A stretch of DNA of 64,000 nucleotides, from assembly GCA_041649155.1 (NCBI GenBank), contig JBAZNP010000001.1, positions 3,581 to 67,580 on the forward strand. The letters are read 5' to 3'. Position 1 is the first letter of the stretch; every line of letters begins with the position of its first letter. The position numbers and the translations under genes were made by a program. Shown here in pieces: positions 37,809 through 47,582 of this stretch. The DNA is from Patescibacteria group bacterium (lineage in GTDB: Bacteria > Patescibacteriota > UBA1384 > XYA2-FULL-43-10 > 1-14-0-10-43-13). The notes beneath the pieces were generated by a model. The model searched no databases, had not been told where the DNA came from, and worked only from the letters and a program-made list of their open reading frames with translations.

Positions 37809-38900
37809 TTACCACCTTAGAGTTTGGTCTGCTTGATCAAGATGTTGCTGCTCGGTGTCAATGTTTAATTTTGATGTGACAATATTATAAATCTCTTTTT
37901 CAATATCCCCGATTTCTTTTTCGCCGTCAATAATAACGAAACGATTACTTTCATCTTTTGCTAAAAGTTCATAAGTCGCTAAAGTTTTTTCTAATTTTTT
38001 CTCTTCCTCAAAAAGTTCAAAACCATCTCGGGACTTTCCTATGCGATCAATGCAAACTTCCGGCGGAACTTTAATAAAAAAAGTAATATCGGGCAAAATA
38101 AAATGCTTGTTAATTTCTCTTAGCCATTCTATATCAGCGCCAATTGAACCGAAAGCAATACTAGAAAAAAGGTAGCGGTCAGTAATTACAACATCCCCTT
38201 TATCTAAATTTGGGATGATGGTATGCTTTAAATGATGTGATCGATCGGCAGCATACAAAAGTTGGAATCCTTCTGCTGGAATCGTCCATTCTTTTGTTAA
38301 AACCCCTCGAATCAATCCACCAATCAGATTATTGGTTGGTTCTTTAGTTGTAGAAACTGTCAGGCCATTCCCCCGTAGATTTTTTGCTAATAAATCCACC
38401 TGGGTTGTGCTACCAGATCCGTCAAGACCTTCGAACGCAATAAATAAGCCTTTTTGACTACATTCCTTGGCTGTATGCTTTTTTCCAGTAGAGCCAAATC
38501 CGTTCATACCACGATCCGAAGCTGATAATTCTTCAACTATTTGAATATTTGGATGCTCGATCTTTTGAACTAACAGTTGAGCTACCTTGTCTCCCTTTTC
38601 TATTATATAATCCTCTTGACCAAGATTAAGAAGACTAACATGATATTCTCCTCGATAACCTGCGTCCATTACGCCGCCCATGGTTTTAATTGAATGTTTT
38701 GTTGCTAATCCGCTTTTGTCCCATATTAAAGCTACATGATCATCAGGAATTTCTATAGCCAGTCCAGTTTTAATACTGAGAACTTCGTTTGGTTTTAGTA
38801 CACAATTTTCGATACTAAACAAATCCATTCCCGCATCATTATGATGTGCAAATTCTGGAACAATTGCGTCAGGATGTAATTTTTTAACTTTTAAGTCCAT
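37809..38900 (-). CDS. dut-tmk: Bifunctional dUTP diphosphatase / thymidylate kinase (Dut-Tmk fusion)
   Basis: Dut motifs DAGMDL, GVMDAGYRGEY and RGMNGFGSTGK. Tmk P-loop FEGLDGSGSTTQ and a lid region. One continuous 363 aa ORF. Confidence 0.8.
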   Translation of the reverse strand: MDLKVKKLHPDAIVPEFAHHNDAGMDLFSIENCVLKPNEVLSIKTGLAIEIPDDHVALIWDKSGLATKHSIKTMGGVMDAGYRGEYHVSLLNLGQEDYIIEKGDKVAQLLVQKIEHPNIQIVEELSASDRGMNGFGSTGKKHTAKECSQKGLFIAFEGLDGSGSTTQVDLLAKNLRGNGLTVSTTKEPTNNLIGGLIRGVLTKEWTIPAEGFQLLYAADRSHHLKHTIIPNLDKGDVVITDRYLFSSIAFGSIGADIEWLREINKHFILPDITFFIKVPPEVCIDRIGKSRDGFELFEEEKKLEKTLATYELLAKDESNRFVIIDGEKEIGDIEKEIYNIVTSKLNIDTEQQHLDQADQTLRW

Positions 38901-39062
38901 TAAATAACCACAATTAATTGCTTAGCTTTAGTTCATTTTTATTTTTGTTATTTTTTGTTTGTTTCCGTCTGGGCTCGAGCCAGCCGAGACTGATGCCTAT
39001 TTATTATAGAGGTAAAAACAAAAAACTCAAACTAGTCTTATCCACAACACTCCACCCCCACT

Positions 39063-39170
39063 GTCATTCCTGAATCAAGTTCAGGACAAGCTCTCGGGAA
39101 GGCAACGCCATGGCCCGAGGATCAAAAATATTAATATACTATTAGCAGATCCCCTTCTTTAAGGGAATAA
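39063..39170. repeat. MITE-like element (family D-related) with a gtcattcctgaatcaagttcaggac hairpin
   Basis: Shares agcagatccccttctttaagggaataac with the 9058 and 10676 copies. Confidence 0.65.
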
Positions 39171-39194
39171 CGATAGATAGCTGCTACTTGCTAC

Positions 39195-39839
39195 TTAGAA
39201 CAAACTACCTTGGTTAACATGATTATTAAATTTATTTAAAAATGTTTTACGATGGTGTTTACATGGGCCGAATTTTTCCAAAGCCTCCATGTGGCTCTTA
39301 CTTCCATAGCCTTTATTGGAAGCAAAATCATATCTAAATACTTCGTCATGAATTTCCTGCATCAAAGCATCTCTGTAAACTTTAGCAATAATCGAAGCGG
39401 CGGCGATAGAAATCGATTTGGATTCACCTTTTTCCAAACAAACATATTCATAATTAAGTCCCCTAAAACGCCGCCCATCAATTAATACAAAATCACACTT
39501 TTTTAATCCTTTTAGAGCTCTTTGAAACGCCATCACATTAGCGGATCCGATGCCATATTTATCAATCTCACAAGCTTCGACAATCCCGATTGCAAAATCA
39601 GACGCTTTTGATTTTATTAATTCATCATACTCTAAACGTTTAGTTGGAGATAATATCTTCGAGTCATTGATGCCGGATAGATGATTTATGATATTTTCAT
39701 ACTTTTCGAAAACTACCGCAGACGTTACTATTGGTCCAGCCAAAGCTCCTCTGCCAACTTCATCCACGCCAGCAATAACTTTCTTATCAATAGAATGCTT
39801 AATCTCGTATTCAAAAGTGGGAGTTTTTTTCTTAGTCAT
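39195..39839 (-). CDS. rnhB: Ribonuclease HII
   Basis: IAGVDEVGRGALAGPIVTSAVVF is the RNase HII catalytic DEVGRG motif. Confidence 0.9.
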   Translation of the reverse strand: MTKKKTPTFEYEIKHSIDKKVIAGVDEVGRGALAGPIVTSAVVFEKYENIINHLSGINDSKILSPTKRLEYDELIKSKASDFAIGIVEACEIDKYGIGSANVMAFQRALKGLKKCDFVLIDGRRFRGLNYEYVCLEKGESKSISIAAASIIAKVYRDALMQEIHDEVFRYDFASNKGYGSKSHMEALEKFGPCKHHRKTFLNKFNNHVNQGSLF

Positions 39840-39926
39840 TAATTTGAGTGTACATCTGATTTAAATAAATGCAAATGACCGTGATTGAATAATATATAAA
39901 AATTTGTTAAAATTTGTTTATTGTTA

Positions 39927-40003
39927 GCGCCCATAGCTCAGCTGGTTAGAGCGTCGCATTGACATTGCGGAGGTCAGAGGTTCGAGTCCCCTTGGGCGCA
40001 CCA
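39927..40003 (+). tRNA. tRNA-Val (anticodon GAC) with encoded CCA
   Basis: Cloverleaf: acceptor gcgccca/tgggcgc, D-arm gctcagctggttagagc, anticodon stem tcgca/tgcga with loop ttGACat, T-arm agagg ttcgagt cccct, then a cca. Confidence 0.9.
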
Positions 40004-40007
40004 AAAA

Positions 40008-40040
40008 AAACGTCAGTATAAATACTGACGTTTTTTTATT
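40008..40040 (+). terminator. Rho-independent (bidirectional) terminator after the tRNA
   Basis: aaaaaaaacgtcagtataaatactgacgttttttt. Confidence 0.75.
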
Positions 40041-40053
40041 GCAAAGGATAATT

Positions 40054-41253
40054 TTATTCATATTTTAGAGCATCGAGCGGATCTATTTTCACTGCTCTCT
40101 TTGAAGGATACCATCCGGTAAGAAAGCCTACTAGGATGGAGAATAACGCTACACCGAGAGCAAAAAACCAAGGCGTCACGAATATACTGATTTTTTCTGC
40201 ATTCGCTCTTTCGGCTAAAGCGCTCAAGATAAGGTTGATGCATTGCCCAGTCGCCCAGCCCATCATCAGACCGATTATTCCGCCAAAAATACCAATTATC
40301 AATGACTCTGCCAAAAACAACTTATAAACATCTTTATTCTTCATACCAAGAGCCTTAAATAGACCAATTTCCTTAATTCTCTCAAGAAGACTTATTGTTA
40401 GAGTATTAAATGTACCAAGTGCTGCAACTACCAAAGCGACTAAACCAAAAGCGGCAAGAATTGCACGGAAAAGCGAAAATACCTGACTTATTTCATTAAC
40501 TGTGTCTCCGACATATTCAGTAGAGAAACCCATATTTTCAAGCTGCTTTCGTAGTGGTTCTACATTAGTCTGTTGGTCAACTTTAATTTTAATCGAGGAA
40601 TATTTAGTCGCATCCTGAGAAACTAATAAACTGGAATTAGTGTAAACAACTGGCGACTTATCGTCATTTAAAATACCGGTAACTGTTAATGGTATATGCT
40701 CTGCCAATTTCAAACCATCGCTTGAGTTGGTACGTAATTCAGTAGGGATTATTATATCAAGTTCAATTTTCTTGCCGATGATACTGTTTTCGTCTTCCTG
40801 AATTAAGTTTAGAACAGATTTATTTATCATAACCTCATCTGATTTTAAGGGTAGGTTTCCTTTATCAGAACTTATGGAGGCTAATTTCCAATAGTCACTG
40901 GTGCCACCAACAATAACTGTTTCCGCGCTTGAAGAAGTTTCCGATTTTCTAATTCTACCAGCTAAATTTGTAACAGGGGAAACTGTTTTAACATGACCTA
41001 ATACAGAAATTCTTTCAATTGCGCTATCATCTATTTTGATAGTACTAATGTTTGCAGATGGAACGTCAACCACAGTAAAAGCATCAAAATTAGCAACATT
41101 TTTGGTTACTAACTGTTCAAGCCCATACCCCAATGACACAAGAAAAATTATCGATGCAATACCGATAGTAACACCAAGAACAGTTAAAATGGTTCTCATC
41201 TTGTGCGACCAAAGGTTTTTTAAAGCAATTTTTAGAATAATTCTTAATTTCAC
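40054..41253 (-). CDS. ABC transporter permease, FtsX/MacB-like
   Basis: N-terminal TM, large periplasmic domain and a C-terminal 3-TM FtsX domain. Confidence 0.8.
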   Translation of the reverse strand: MKLRIILKIALKNLWSHKMRTILTVLGVTIGIASIIFLVSLGYGLEQLVTKNVANFDAFTVVDVPSANISTIKIDDSAIERISVLGHVKTVSPVTNLAGRIRKSETSSSAETVIVGGTSDYWKLASISSDKGNLPLKSDEVMINKSVLNLIQEDENSIIGKKIELDIIIPTELRTNSSDGLKLAEHIPLTVTGILNDDKSPVVYTNSSLLVSQDATKYSSIKIKVDQQTNVEPLRKQLENMGFSTEYVGDTVNEISQVFSLFRAILAAFGLVALVVAALGTFNTLTISLLERIKEIGLFKALGMKNKDVYKLFLAESLIIGIFGGIIGLMMGWATGQCINLILSALAERANAEKISIFVTPWFFALGVALFSILVGFLTGWYPSKRAVKIDPLDALKYE

Positions 41254-41987
41254 AATACCCCCTTTAGTTCTTCTTTGATCTGTTCCCTTACGGCTTGTGT
41301 GTCACTAGAAACTACGCCGCCATCTTTCATGGCAATAGTTTTTGTTGCCAAAGGTAGATAAGCCAAATTGTGAGTCACCATAATAACTGTTCTCTTTTTT
41401 TCAACATTTAATAATTGTAGTATCTGCATCACTTGATCTGCATTATGGGTATCAAGATTACCGGTTGGTTCATCTGCTACAATAATCCATGGATTATTCA
41501 CCAATGCTCTTGCCAGAGAAACTCTCTGTTGCTCGCCACCGGACAAAACTACTGGAAGTTTGTTTGCATATTTTCCCATTTCTAATTCTTCCAATACCTG
41601 CATTGCTTTTTTTTTGGCTTTTGCTTCTGGCAATCCGGTTATATAAAGAGGCATGGCAACATTGTCCAAAACGCTTAAAGCCTTGGCCCAATACCAAAAT
41701 TGATAAACCATGCCAAATTTTTCAGCCCGAAACACGGCTCTTTCTTCTGAGCTTAATTTTGTAATATCTGTTCCGCGAATAGATATTTTCCCTTCAGTCG
41801 GTAGCTCCAGCCCAGCAATATGATGAAGCAATGTTGATTTGCCCGAACCGGAAGGGCCGTAAATTATGGCAAAGTCTGTCGAACAGATATCCAGGTTGAC
41901 GTTTTTCAACACTTCTGTTGCACTAGATCCTCCGGTTTGATATGTCTTGCTAACTTTTTCTATCTCAATAATCGCTTCATGCTCCAT
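41250..41987 (-). CDS. ABC transporter ATP-binding protein (LolD/MacB type)
   Basis: GPSGSGKSTLLH Walker A, LSGGEQQRVSLARAL signature, [11 protein letters not shown] Walker B. Confidence 0.9.
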   Translation of the reverse strand: MEHEAIIEIEKVSKTYQTGGSSATEVLKNVNLDICSTDFAIIYGPSGSGKSTLLHHIAGLELPTEGKISIRGTDITKLSSEERAVFRAEKFGMVYQFWYWAKALSVLDNVAMPLYITGLPEAKAKKKAMQVLEELEMGKYANKLPVVLSGGEQQRVSLARALVNNPWIIVADEPTGNLDTHNADQVMQILQLLNVEKKRTVIMVTHNLAYLPLATKTIAMKDGGVVSSDTQAVREQIKEELKGVL

Positions 41988-42025
41988 TTTTTCCTCCCTA
42001 ATTCTGTAATTTCACACAACTCAAA

Positions 42026-45000
42026 TCATTTAAAAATACCCATTATCCAGCTAAGGGATTTTTGTAATGAGTCAACGATAATATCAATTACAGAACTTTG
42101 TGTTTTACCTGTAATGGTAGTTGTGTCATCGGAATATCCAGCATTACCAGCATTATCTTTTGAAATAGCTCTTAGATGATAAATTTTATTTGATTCTAGC
42201 TCCGAAACAATTACAACGTGAGAAGTTGAAAGCACTGCATCTTCTTTACTTTTGTTTTTGTATTCGCTGCCCGATATACCTTGTTCATATTCTACCTGTG
42301 AAGTACCTGGCTCATCCGTTTCCCAAGTCACCACCACTTGCGCTTTCTGAGATGTGCCAAAACCAGAAGATTTGACTTCAATGGTCATGTTAGATATTTT
42401 TGGAGAACGAGAGTCTTTTGGCGTATCAATACTTGTTGTAAATGGAGTCTCTATTTCATTTCCATACTTATCCCTGCCTGTTACTATAAATTTATAGGTA
42501 CTCATGTCAGCCAAATCTGGAATTATGAGGTCATGGTTAATAGTATAATCAGCGGATGAACGTGATAGTTTTTGGCCAGAAGATGATTCGTAGTTTATAA
42601 TCGTTGTCGTCTCTACATTTGTTTCCCAAGAAAATCTGTAGGTTGTAGTTGGAGCAGTAGTATCCTGATCTGACCGGACTCCATTTGTTATAGCTGGCAT
42701 TGTCAAAGTATTAAAATCATTTTTAGCGCCAAAATCCATTTTATTACCATCTACATCAGAGCCAAGAATATAGTAATAATATTTTGAAGAATGATCTAAT
42801 CCCGATAAATTAATAGTATGGTTTTGAATATATCCAGTTTCAACTTCTTCCACCTTCCCTGCTCCTTTATCAATTTCGTCCTTATCTTTGCTGTAAACAA
42901 TAGAGGTAGTTGTTGGAATTGAGGTTGTATAACTGATTGTTGCAGAATTTAAAGATATATTATCCACAGGAGCAACAGAAACAATAGGTCTTGCCAATGT
43001 ACGAAAACTCATTTTTTCACTTCGACCCTCGTTTCCATTTTCATCAACCCAAACTGCTTGATAGTAATATAGCGCCCCGCCAGGCTGCAACCCAGTGATC
43101 GTTACGCTATGTTGATCAGTCAAACTCAATTGACCCTTGGTTTCACCGCCATTTTCCTGTCCAATTTTATTTGGATCGGTTCCGTATTCAACAAAGCTAG
43201 AAGCTTTATGAACAACTTTTGGATCGACATCTGTTGTTTCCCAAGAAATCGTGGCGGAATAAGCCTTTTCAACTACATCTAGCTTTTCATTTTTTATAAT
43301 AGGCGCATTACTAAATTTGCCAGTTGGCACTATTTGAACTGTACTAGAAGCAACAGATGTTTGACCGGCATTGTCCTCAGATTCAACATTATAGAAATAT
43401 GCTTGCGAAGAAAGACTTGTATCAGCAAAAGTCGTGCTAGTGGTAGTTCCTGCTTGACTAAAATTTATTCCATCAGTCGACCTATAAACGTTGTAGCCCA
43501 TAAATCCGGCACCTTTATCTTGAGGCTCACTCCATGTTAGAAACACTTTATAACTGGCGAGATCACGATTTGAACCATCAACTGCAGAAACTGCCGTCGG
43601 CGTACCCGGAGCCGGAGTAATCGCCCAAAAAGACGCTGAAGCATAAATATCGTAATTTATATTTCCAGCTTCATCTTTAGCAACGACATATATTGTATTT
43701 TGTCCTTGACGTGTTGCATAGGAATCGGCAGCAAGTGATAGTGTTGTCGACAATGTAATATTTGTAGAGTTGGGAGTCTCGTTTATACTGTAATAATATT
43801 TCAATGCCGATTCGTTTCCAGAAAAAGTTGCTGGCTTGGACCACGAAAAAGAAAAATTATTCGATGCTGACGGATTCTGTTCTGACGATTCAGGGGAAGC
43901 GGTTAAATTTTGCGGAGCCGATGGCGCAGAATCATTATGATAAAAAGTGGCTTGAACGGGGCTGCTTTCATTGCCGGCGTTATCGATAGTTTTTAAGTAA
44001 AATATATTTGACCCTTCTTGATACCAGGCGCCATTTAAAGTTACTTGGAGTTCGGTTGTTATGTTTGACCAATTAGCATAATCTCCCCCGCCAGTTTTAT
44101 ATTTATAACCGCTTAAGCCAGAACCAGCATCAGAACCAGCCGGCCACAAGAAAGTGTAATCATTTACCGAAGAGTATCCAGATGGGGAAGATGAAACATA
44201 CGAAGGATTAGTCGGCAAGGTGTTTTCGTATTGGTATTTAAATGCCTTGCTTGAAACTGTCGGATCCCAAATCGTGCTATTGCCAAAGTTATCTTTTATT
44301 TTAACTCTCAAATAATATGTCGATCCTGAAACCAAAGCTCCAGCTACGGTTGCATTTGGCGATTCGGTCCAATAAACTGACCCGTCAGCATTTAGAACAC
44401 CGGAAGTTTCTTCTGGATCAGCAGTATTACTCGTACCAAAATAAACATAATAACCATCTATCCCGTTAGTATCGCTATCACCGCTCCATGAAAAATATGG
44501 ATTGGCGTGATTATGCCAATGATCTTCATTCGAAATAATTTCATCTCCTCCAGAAGCAGACAAAGAAGTTAAATTTGTGGGAGAACTGGGATTTACTAAA
44601 TCACTGGAAACATCAAAAATCTTTAACTTGTCAATCAAACCGCTAAATGTATCAAAACCTCCGCCCGGTACGGAACCAACATAAAAATCATCACCATAAT
44701 TTGGGGCCGGTGCAGACCAACTTGTTGTAGTGCTAGTAGTCACACCATCAACAGTTAATGACAATTCTCCGGTTGATTGCTTGTAACTAGCAGAAATAGA
44801 ATGCCAGCTATCGCGAGTCCAATCAAGAGTCGCGCTTTCTAAATATGTAGAATTATTCGGGGTGCTTGAGTTATATGAAGGATAAAATCTAACTTTTCCT
44901 CTAAACGGATCGATCTCTAACCTTAAACTGTTTGTCGAATTGCTTGACTGTAAAAGAACTTGGGATGGAGGAGTTCCATCATATGTTTCCCAAAAGGAAT

Positions 45001-47440
45001 CCATATCTGTTTTTATAATACTACGATTTCCGGCATTAGCTACATAAACGAATCCGTCATCATAATAAATTTCTTGTGGACCATTAAATTTTCCTTCTCC
45101 ACTCGCGCCGAATATGCCATAAGTTGTCCATCCGGTCCATGAATCGTCAAGTTTGGTTTTAACGATCCTATTATGGCCATCTGAAATATAGAAATACTGA
45201 TCGACGTTATCATACGCGATCCCTTTGGGTGTAGAAAACTTGCCAATGGCGTCGCGGGTGCCGGATGTGCCATAAGTTGTCCATCCGGTCCATGAACCGT
45301 CAAGTTTGGTTTTAACGATTCTAGCATTACTGCTGTCTACAATATAAAGATACGGATTTGCCGGATCATCACTTGGAACCGCCATGATAGCACTGGCACC
45401 TGAGAAGTTGCCAACACCGGTGCCGCTAGACCCCATTGATAGCAGACCTGTCCCATCAGATTTAATTCGAGCAATACTAGTACCAAGAGTATAGTAAATA
45501 TAATCATTAACAGAATCATAATAAATTTTACTCACAGAGCCAGCGACATTGATAGTTTTTTTTGAATTTGACCCATCTAATTTCAGAATAGTAATAGTTG
45601 AAACACTTGAATACTTTTCAGCTACAAACAAATTTTGACTTGCTTCGTCATAATAAAATGATTCCAGAGTAAAATTAGGAGAATTAGTAGAGTAGGCGCT
45701 CCAATCAGTACCGTCGAAATTTGTTTCAATTATTTTATCACCATCGACATTAGTAGAAAATGTATTACCAATAAACATTTTCCCAGATACATTATCATAA
45801 TAAAACTCTGTTACTCCATTGAAGGGGCGACTAGCACTCAAAGACCTTGGGCTTTCATCAGATCCCACCGCATGCCAACCCGATATTGATGTAGTATCTT
45901 CTCCAGTCCAACCCAACACGGTATGAGAAGCGTCATTATCAAAGACTTGAATACGATTATTTGTAGTATCGGCAACATAGATTTTGTTGTTTGAGTCAAG
46001 AGTCACTCCAGAGGGATGAGCAAAATTGTAATCGCCAGAACCGGTCACTCCTACTTTGCCAGAGCCGACATCATGCCAGCCAGCATCAGTGCTGCTCTTC
46101 CCCATCCAGCCCAACATGGTGTGAGAAGCGTCATTATCAAAGACTTGAATACGATTATTTGTATACTCGGCAACATAGATCCTGTTGTTTGAATCAATAG
46201 CCACTCCACGAGGAGCATTAAAATTATAATCGCCAGAACCGCTTGTTCCTATTTTACCGGAGCCCAGCGCATGCCAGCCAGCATCATTAGCGCTCTTTCC
46301 CATCCAGCCCAACATGGTGTGAGAAGCGTCATTGTCAAAGACTTGAATACGATGGTTCGAATACTCGGCAACATAAATCTTGTTGTTTGAATCAAGAGCT
46401 ATTGCATAGGGAAGATTGAAATTGTAATCGCCAGAACCGGTCACTCCTACTTTGCCAGAGCCGACATCATACCAGCCAGCATCAGTGCTACTCTTTCCTA
46501 TCCAGCCCAACATGGTGTGAGAAGCGTCATTGTCGTAGACTTGAATACGATAATTCCCATAATCGGCAACATAGAGTCTGTTGTTTGAATCAAGAGCCAC
46601 TCCTTTAGGACTATTAAAACTGTAATCGCCAGAGCCGATCGCTCCTGTCCCGTCGGAGCCAATATCATGCCAGCCAGCATAAGCGCTGCTCTTTCCAATC
46701 CAACCCAATGGAGAACCTGCATTGTCAAAAATTTGAATTCTATGATTAGTACTGTCGGCAACATAAATATTGCCGCTACTGTCTACAGTTACGCCCGATG
46801 GAACATTTAACTGTCCGTCCCCAGTTCCAGATAAACCAAAACTACGCCAGCCCGTAACACCGTCGGGTTTTACGACTACAATACGATTATTACTAGTATC
46901 GGCAATATACAAAAGATCGGTACCTGCATGATAAAAAACGGTCTGAGGAGAATTAAAGCCTCCATCCCAATCCCCCTCGATCACTCCGGGATATTTTGCC
47001 TGTAAAGAAATCATGCCTTCGGAATCACTCAAGTTGCTCGATGCTGAATATTTTAAAGTTTTACCATTTGTTAACTGCGCCGCTTGCCCCATTTCATTAT
47101 AGCCAGGACTTACCAAACTAGCCGGAGTACCATCGTTGGAAGCGGCAGTAGAACCAAGCCCGCTATCTGCGTTCAAACTGCCTGCATTATAATTGGCGGA
47201 AAAACCATTTGCCGCCTTAGATAACCTCACATCAACGAATAAACTACTCAATATCAAACCTATAATAGTAGTAGCGCATAAACCAAGTGTCGCAAAATGC
47301 ACTTTCTTGTGATGAGGATGATGATGCCAGTCATGGTATTTTTCTGATTTAGAACACAAAAATTCATGCGCTTTTGTAAGCGGTTTAATCTTTGGAGTCG
47401 AACAATTAGGACAATTGCAATAAGTCAAAACCTCCTCCAC
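42026..47440 (-). CDS. Giant (1804 aa) type II membrane surface protein with an NHL-repeat beta-propeller and FN3-like and LamG-like domains
   Basis: N-terminal CNCPNCS...C zinc ribbon, His-rich HDWHHHPHH, then a TM segment. At least six near-identical NHL repeats (YVADSTNHRIQIFD, YVAEYSNHRIQVFD, ...). LamG-like LDWTRDSWHSISASY. Confidence 0.7.
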   Translation of the reverse strand: MEEVLTYCNCPNCSTPKIKPLTKAHEFLCSKSEKYHDWHHHPHHKKVHFATLGLCATTIIGLILSSLFVDVRLSKAANGFSANYNAGSLNADSGLGSTAASNDGTPASLVSPGYNEMGQAAQLTNGKTLKYSASSNLSDSEGMISLQAKYPGVIEGDWDGGFNSPQTVFYHAGTDLLYIADTSNNRIVVVKPDGVTGWRSFGLSGTGDGQLNVPSGVTVDSSGNIYVADSTNHRIQIFDNAGSPLGWIGKSSAYAGWHDIGSDGTGAIGSGDYSFNSPKGVALDSNNRLYVADYGNYRIQVYDNDASHTMLGWIGKSSTDAGWYDVGSGKVGVTGSGDYNFNLPYAIALDSNNKIYVAEYSNHRIQVFDNDASHTMLGWMGKSANDAGWHALGSGKIGTSGSGDYNFNAPRGVAIDSNNRIYVAEYTNNRIQVFDNDASHTMLGWMGKSSTDAGWHDVGSGKVGVTGSGDYNFAHPSGVTLDSNNKIYVADTTNNRIQVFDNDASHTVLGWTGEDTTSISGWHAVGSDESPRSLSASRPFNGVTEFYYDNVSGKMFIGNTFSTNVDGDKIIETNFDGTDWSAYSTNSPNFTLESFYYDEASQNLFVAEKYSSVSTITILKLDGSNSKKTINVAGSVSKIYYDSVNDYIYYTLGTSIARIKSDGTGLLSMGSSGTGVGNFSGASAIMAVPSDDPANPYLYIVDSSNARIVKTKLDGSWTGWTTYGTSGTRDAIGKFSTPKGIAYDNVDQYFYISDGHNRIVKTKLDDSWTGWTTYGIFGASGEGKFNGPQEIYYDDGFVYVANAGNRSIIKTDMDSFWETYDGTPPSQVLLQSSNSTNSLRLEIDPFRGKVRFYPSYNSSTPNNSTYLESATLDWTRDSWHSISASYKQSTGELSLTVDGVTTSTTTSWSAPAPNYGDDFYVGSVPGGGFDTFSGLIDKLKIFDVSSDLVNPSSPTNLTSLSASGGDEIISNEDHWHNHANPYFSWSGDSDTNGIDGYYVYFGTSNTADPEETSGVLNADGSVYWTESPNATVAGALVSGSTYYLRVKIKDNFGNSTIWDPTVSSKAFKYQYENTLPTNPSYVSSSPSGYSSVNDYTFLWPAGSDAGSGLSGYKYKTGGGDYANWSNITTELQVTLNGAWYQEGSNIFYLKTIDNAGNESSPVQATFYHNDSAPSAPQNLTASPESSEQNPSASNNFSFSWSKPATFSGNESALKYYYSINETPNSTNITLSTTLSLAADSYATRQGQNTIYVVAKDEAGNINYDIYASASFWAITPAPGTPTAVSAVDGSNRDLASYKVFLTWSEPQDKGAGFMGYNVYRSTDGINFSQAGTTTSTTFADTSLSSQAYFYNVESEDNAGQTSVASSTVQIVPTGKFSNAPIIKNEKLDVVEKAYSATISWETTDVDPKVVHKASSFVEYGTDPNKIGQENGGETKGQLSLTDQHSVTITGLQPGGALYYYQAVWVDENGNEGRSEKMSFRTLARPIVSVAPVDNISLNSATISYTTSIPTTTSIVYSKDKDEIDKGAGKVEEVETGYIQNHTINLSGLDHSSKYYYYILGSDVDGNKMDFGAKNDFNTLTMPAITNGVRSDQDTTAPTTTYRFSWETNVETTTIINYESSSGQKLSRSSADYTINHDLIIPDLADMSTYKFIVTGRDKYGNEIETPFTTSIDTPKDSRSPKISNMTIEVKSSGFGTSQKAQVVVTWETDEPGTSQVEYEQGISGSEYKNKSKEDAVLSTSHVVIVSELESNKIYHLRAISKDNAGNAGYSDDTTTITGKTQSSVIDIIVDSLQKSLSWIMGIFK

Positions 47441-47532
47441 ATTAAAAAGTTAACCTCATCGTTTATTTCATTATAAAATAGATATAAATTTAAAGCAACT
47501 AATTAAAATAAAAATGTAATATTTTACATTCA

Positions 47533-47566
47533 AAAAAACACCACTGAGTCAGTGATGTTTTTTATT
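47533..47566 (-). terminator. Terminator downstream of the HTH-Hsp20 gene
   Basis: Minus strand: hairpin acatcactgactcagtggtgt followed by ttttttt. Confidence 0.5.
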
Positions 47567-47582
47567 TACCTAAATCAAATAA

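Noticed and set aside
42026-47440. Dockerin module on the giant NHL-repeat protein, to pair with the cohesin protein
   Set aside because: The C-terminus (…SVIDIIVDSLQKSLSWIMGIFK) has no D-x-N-x-D-G Ca-binding repeats. Only the GH5 protein carries a dockerin-like tail.
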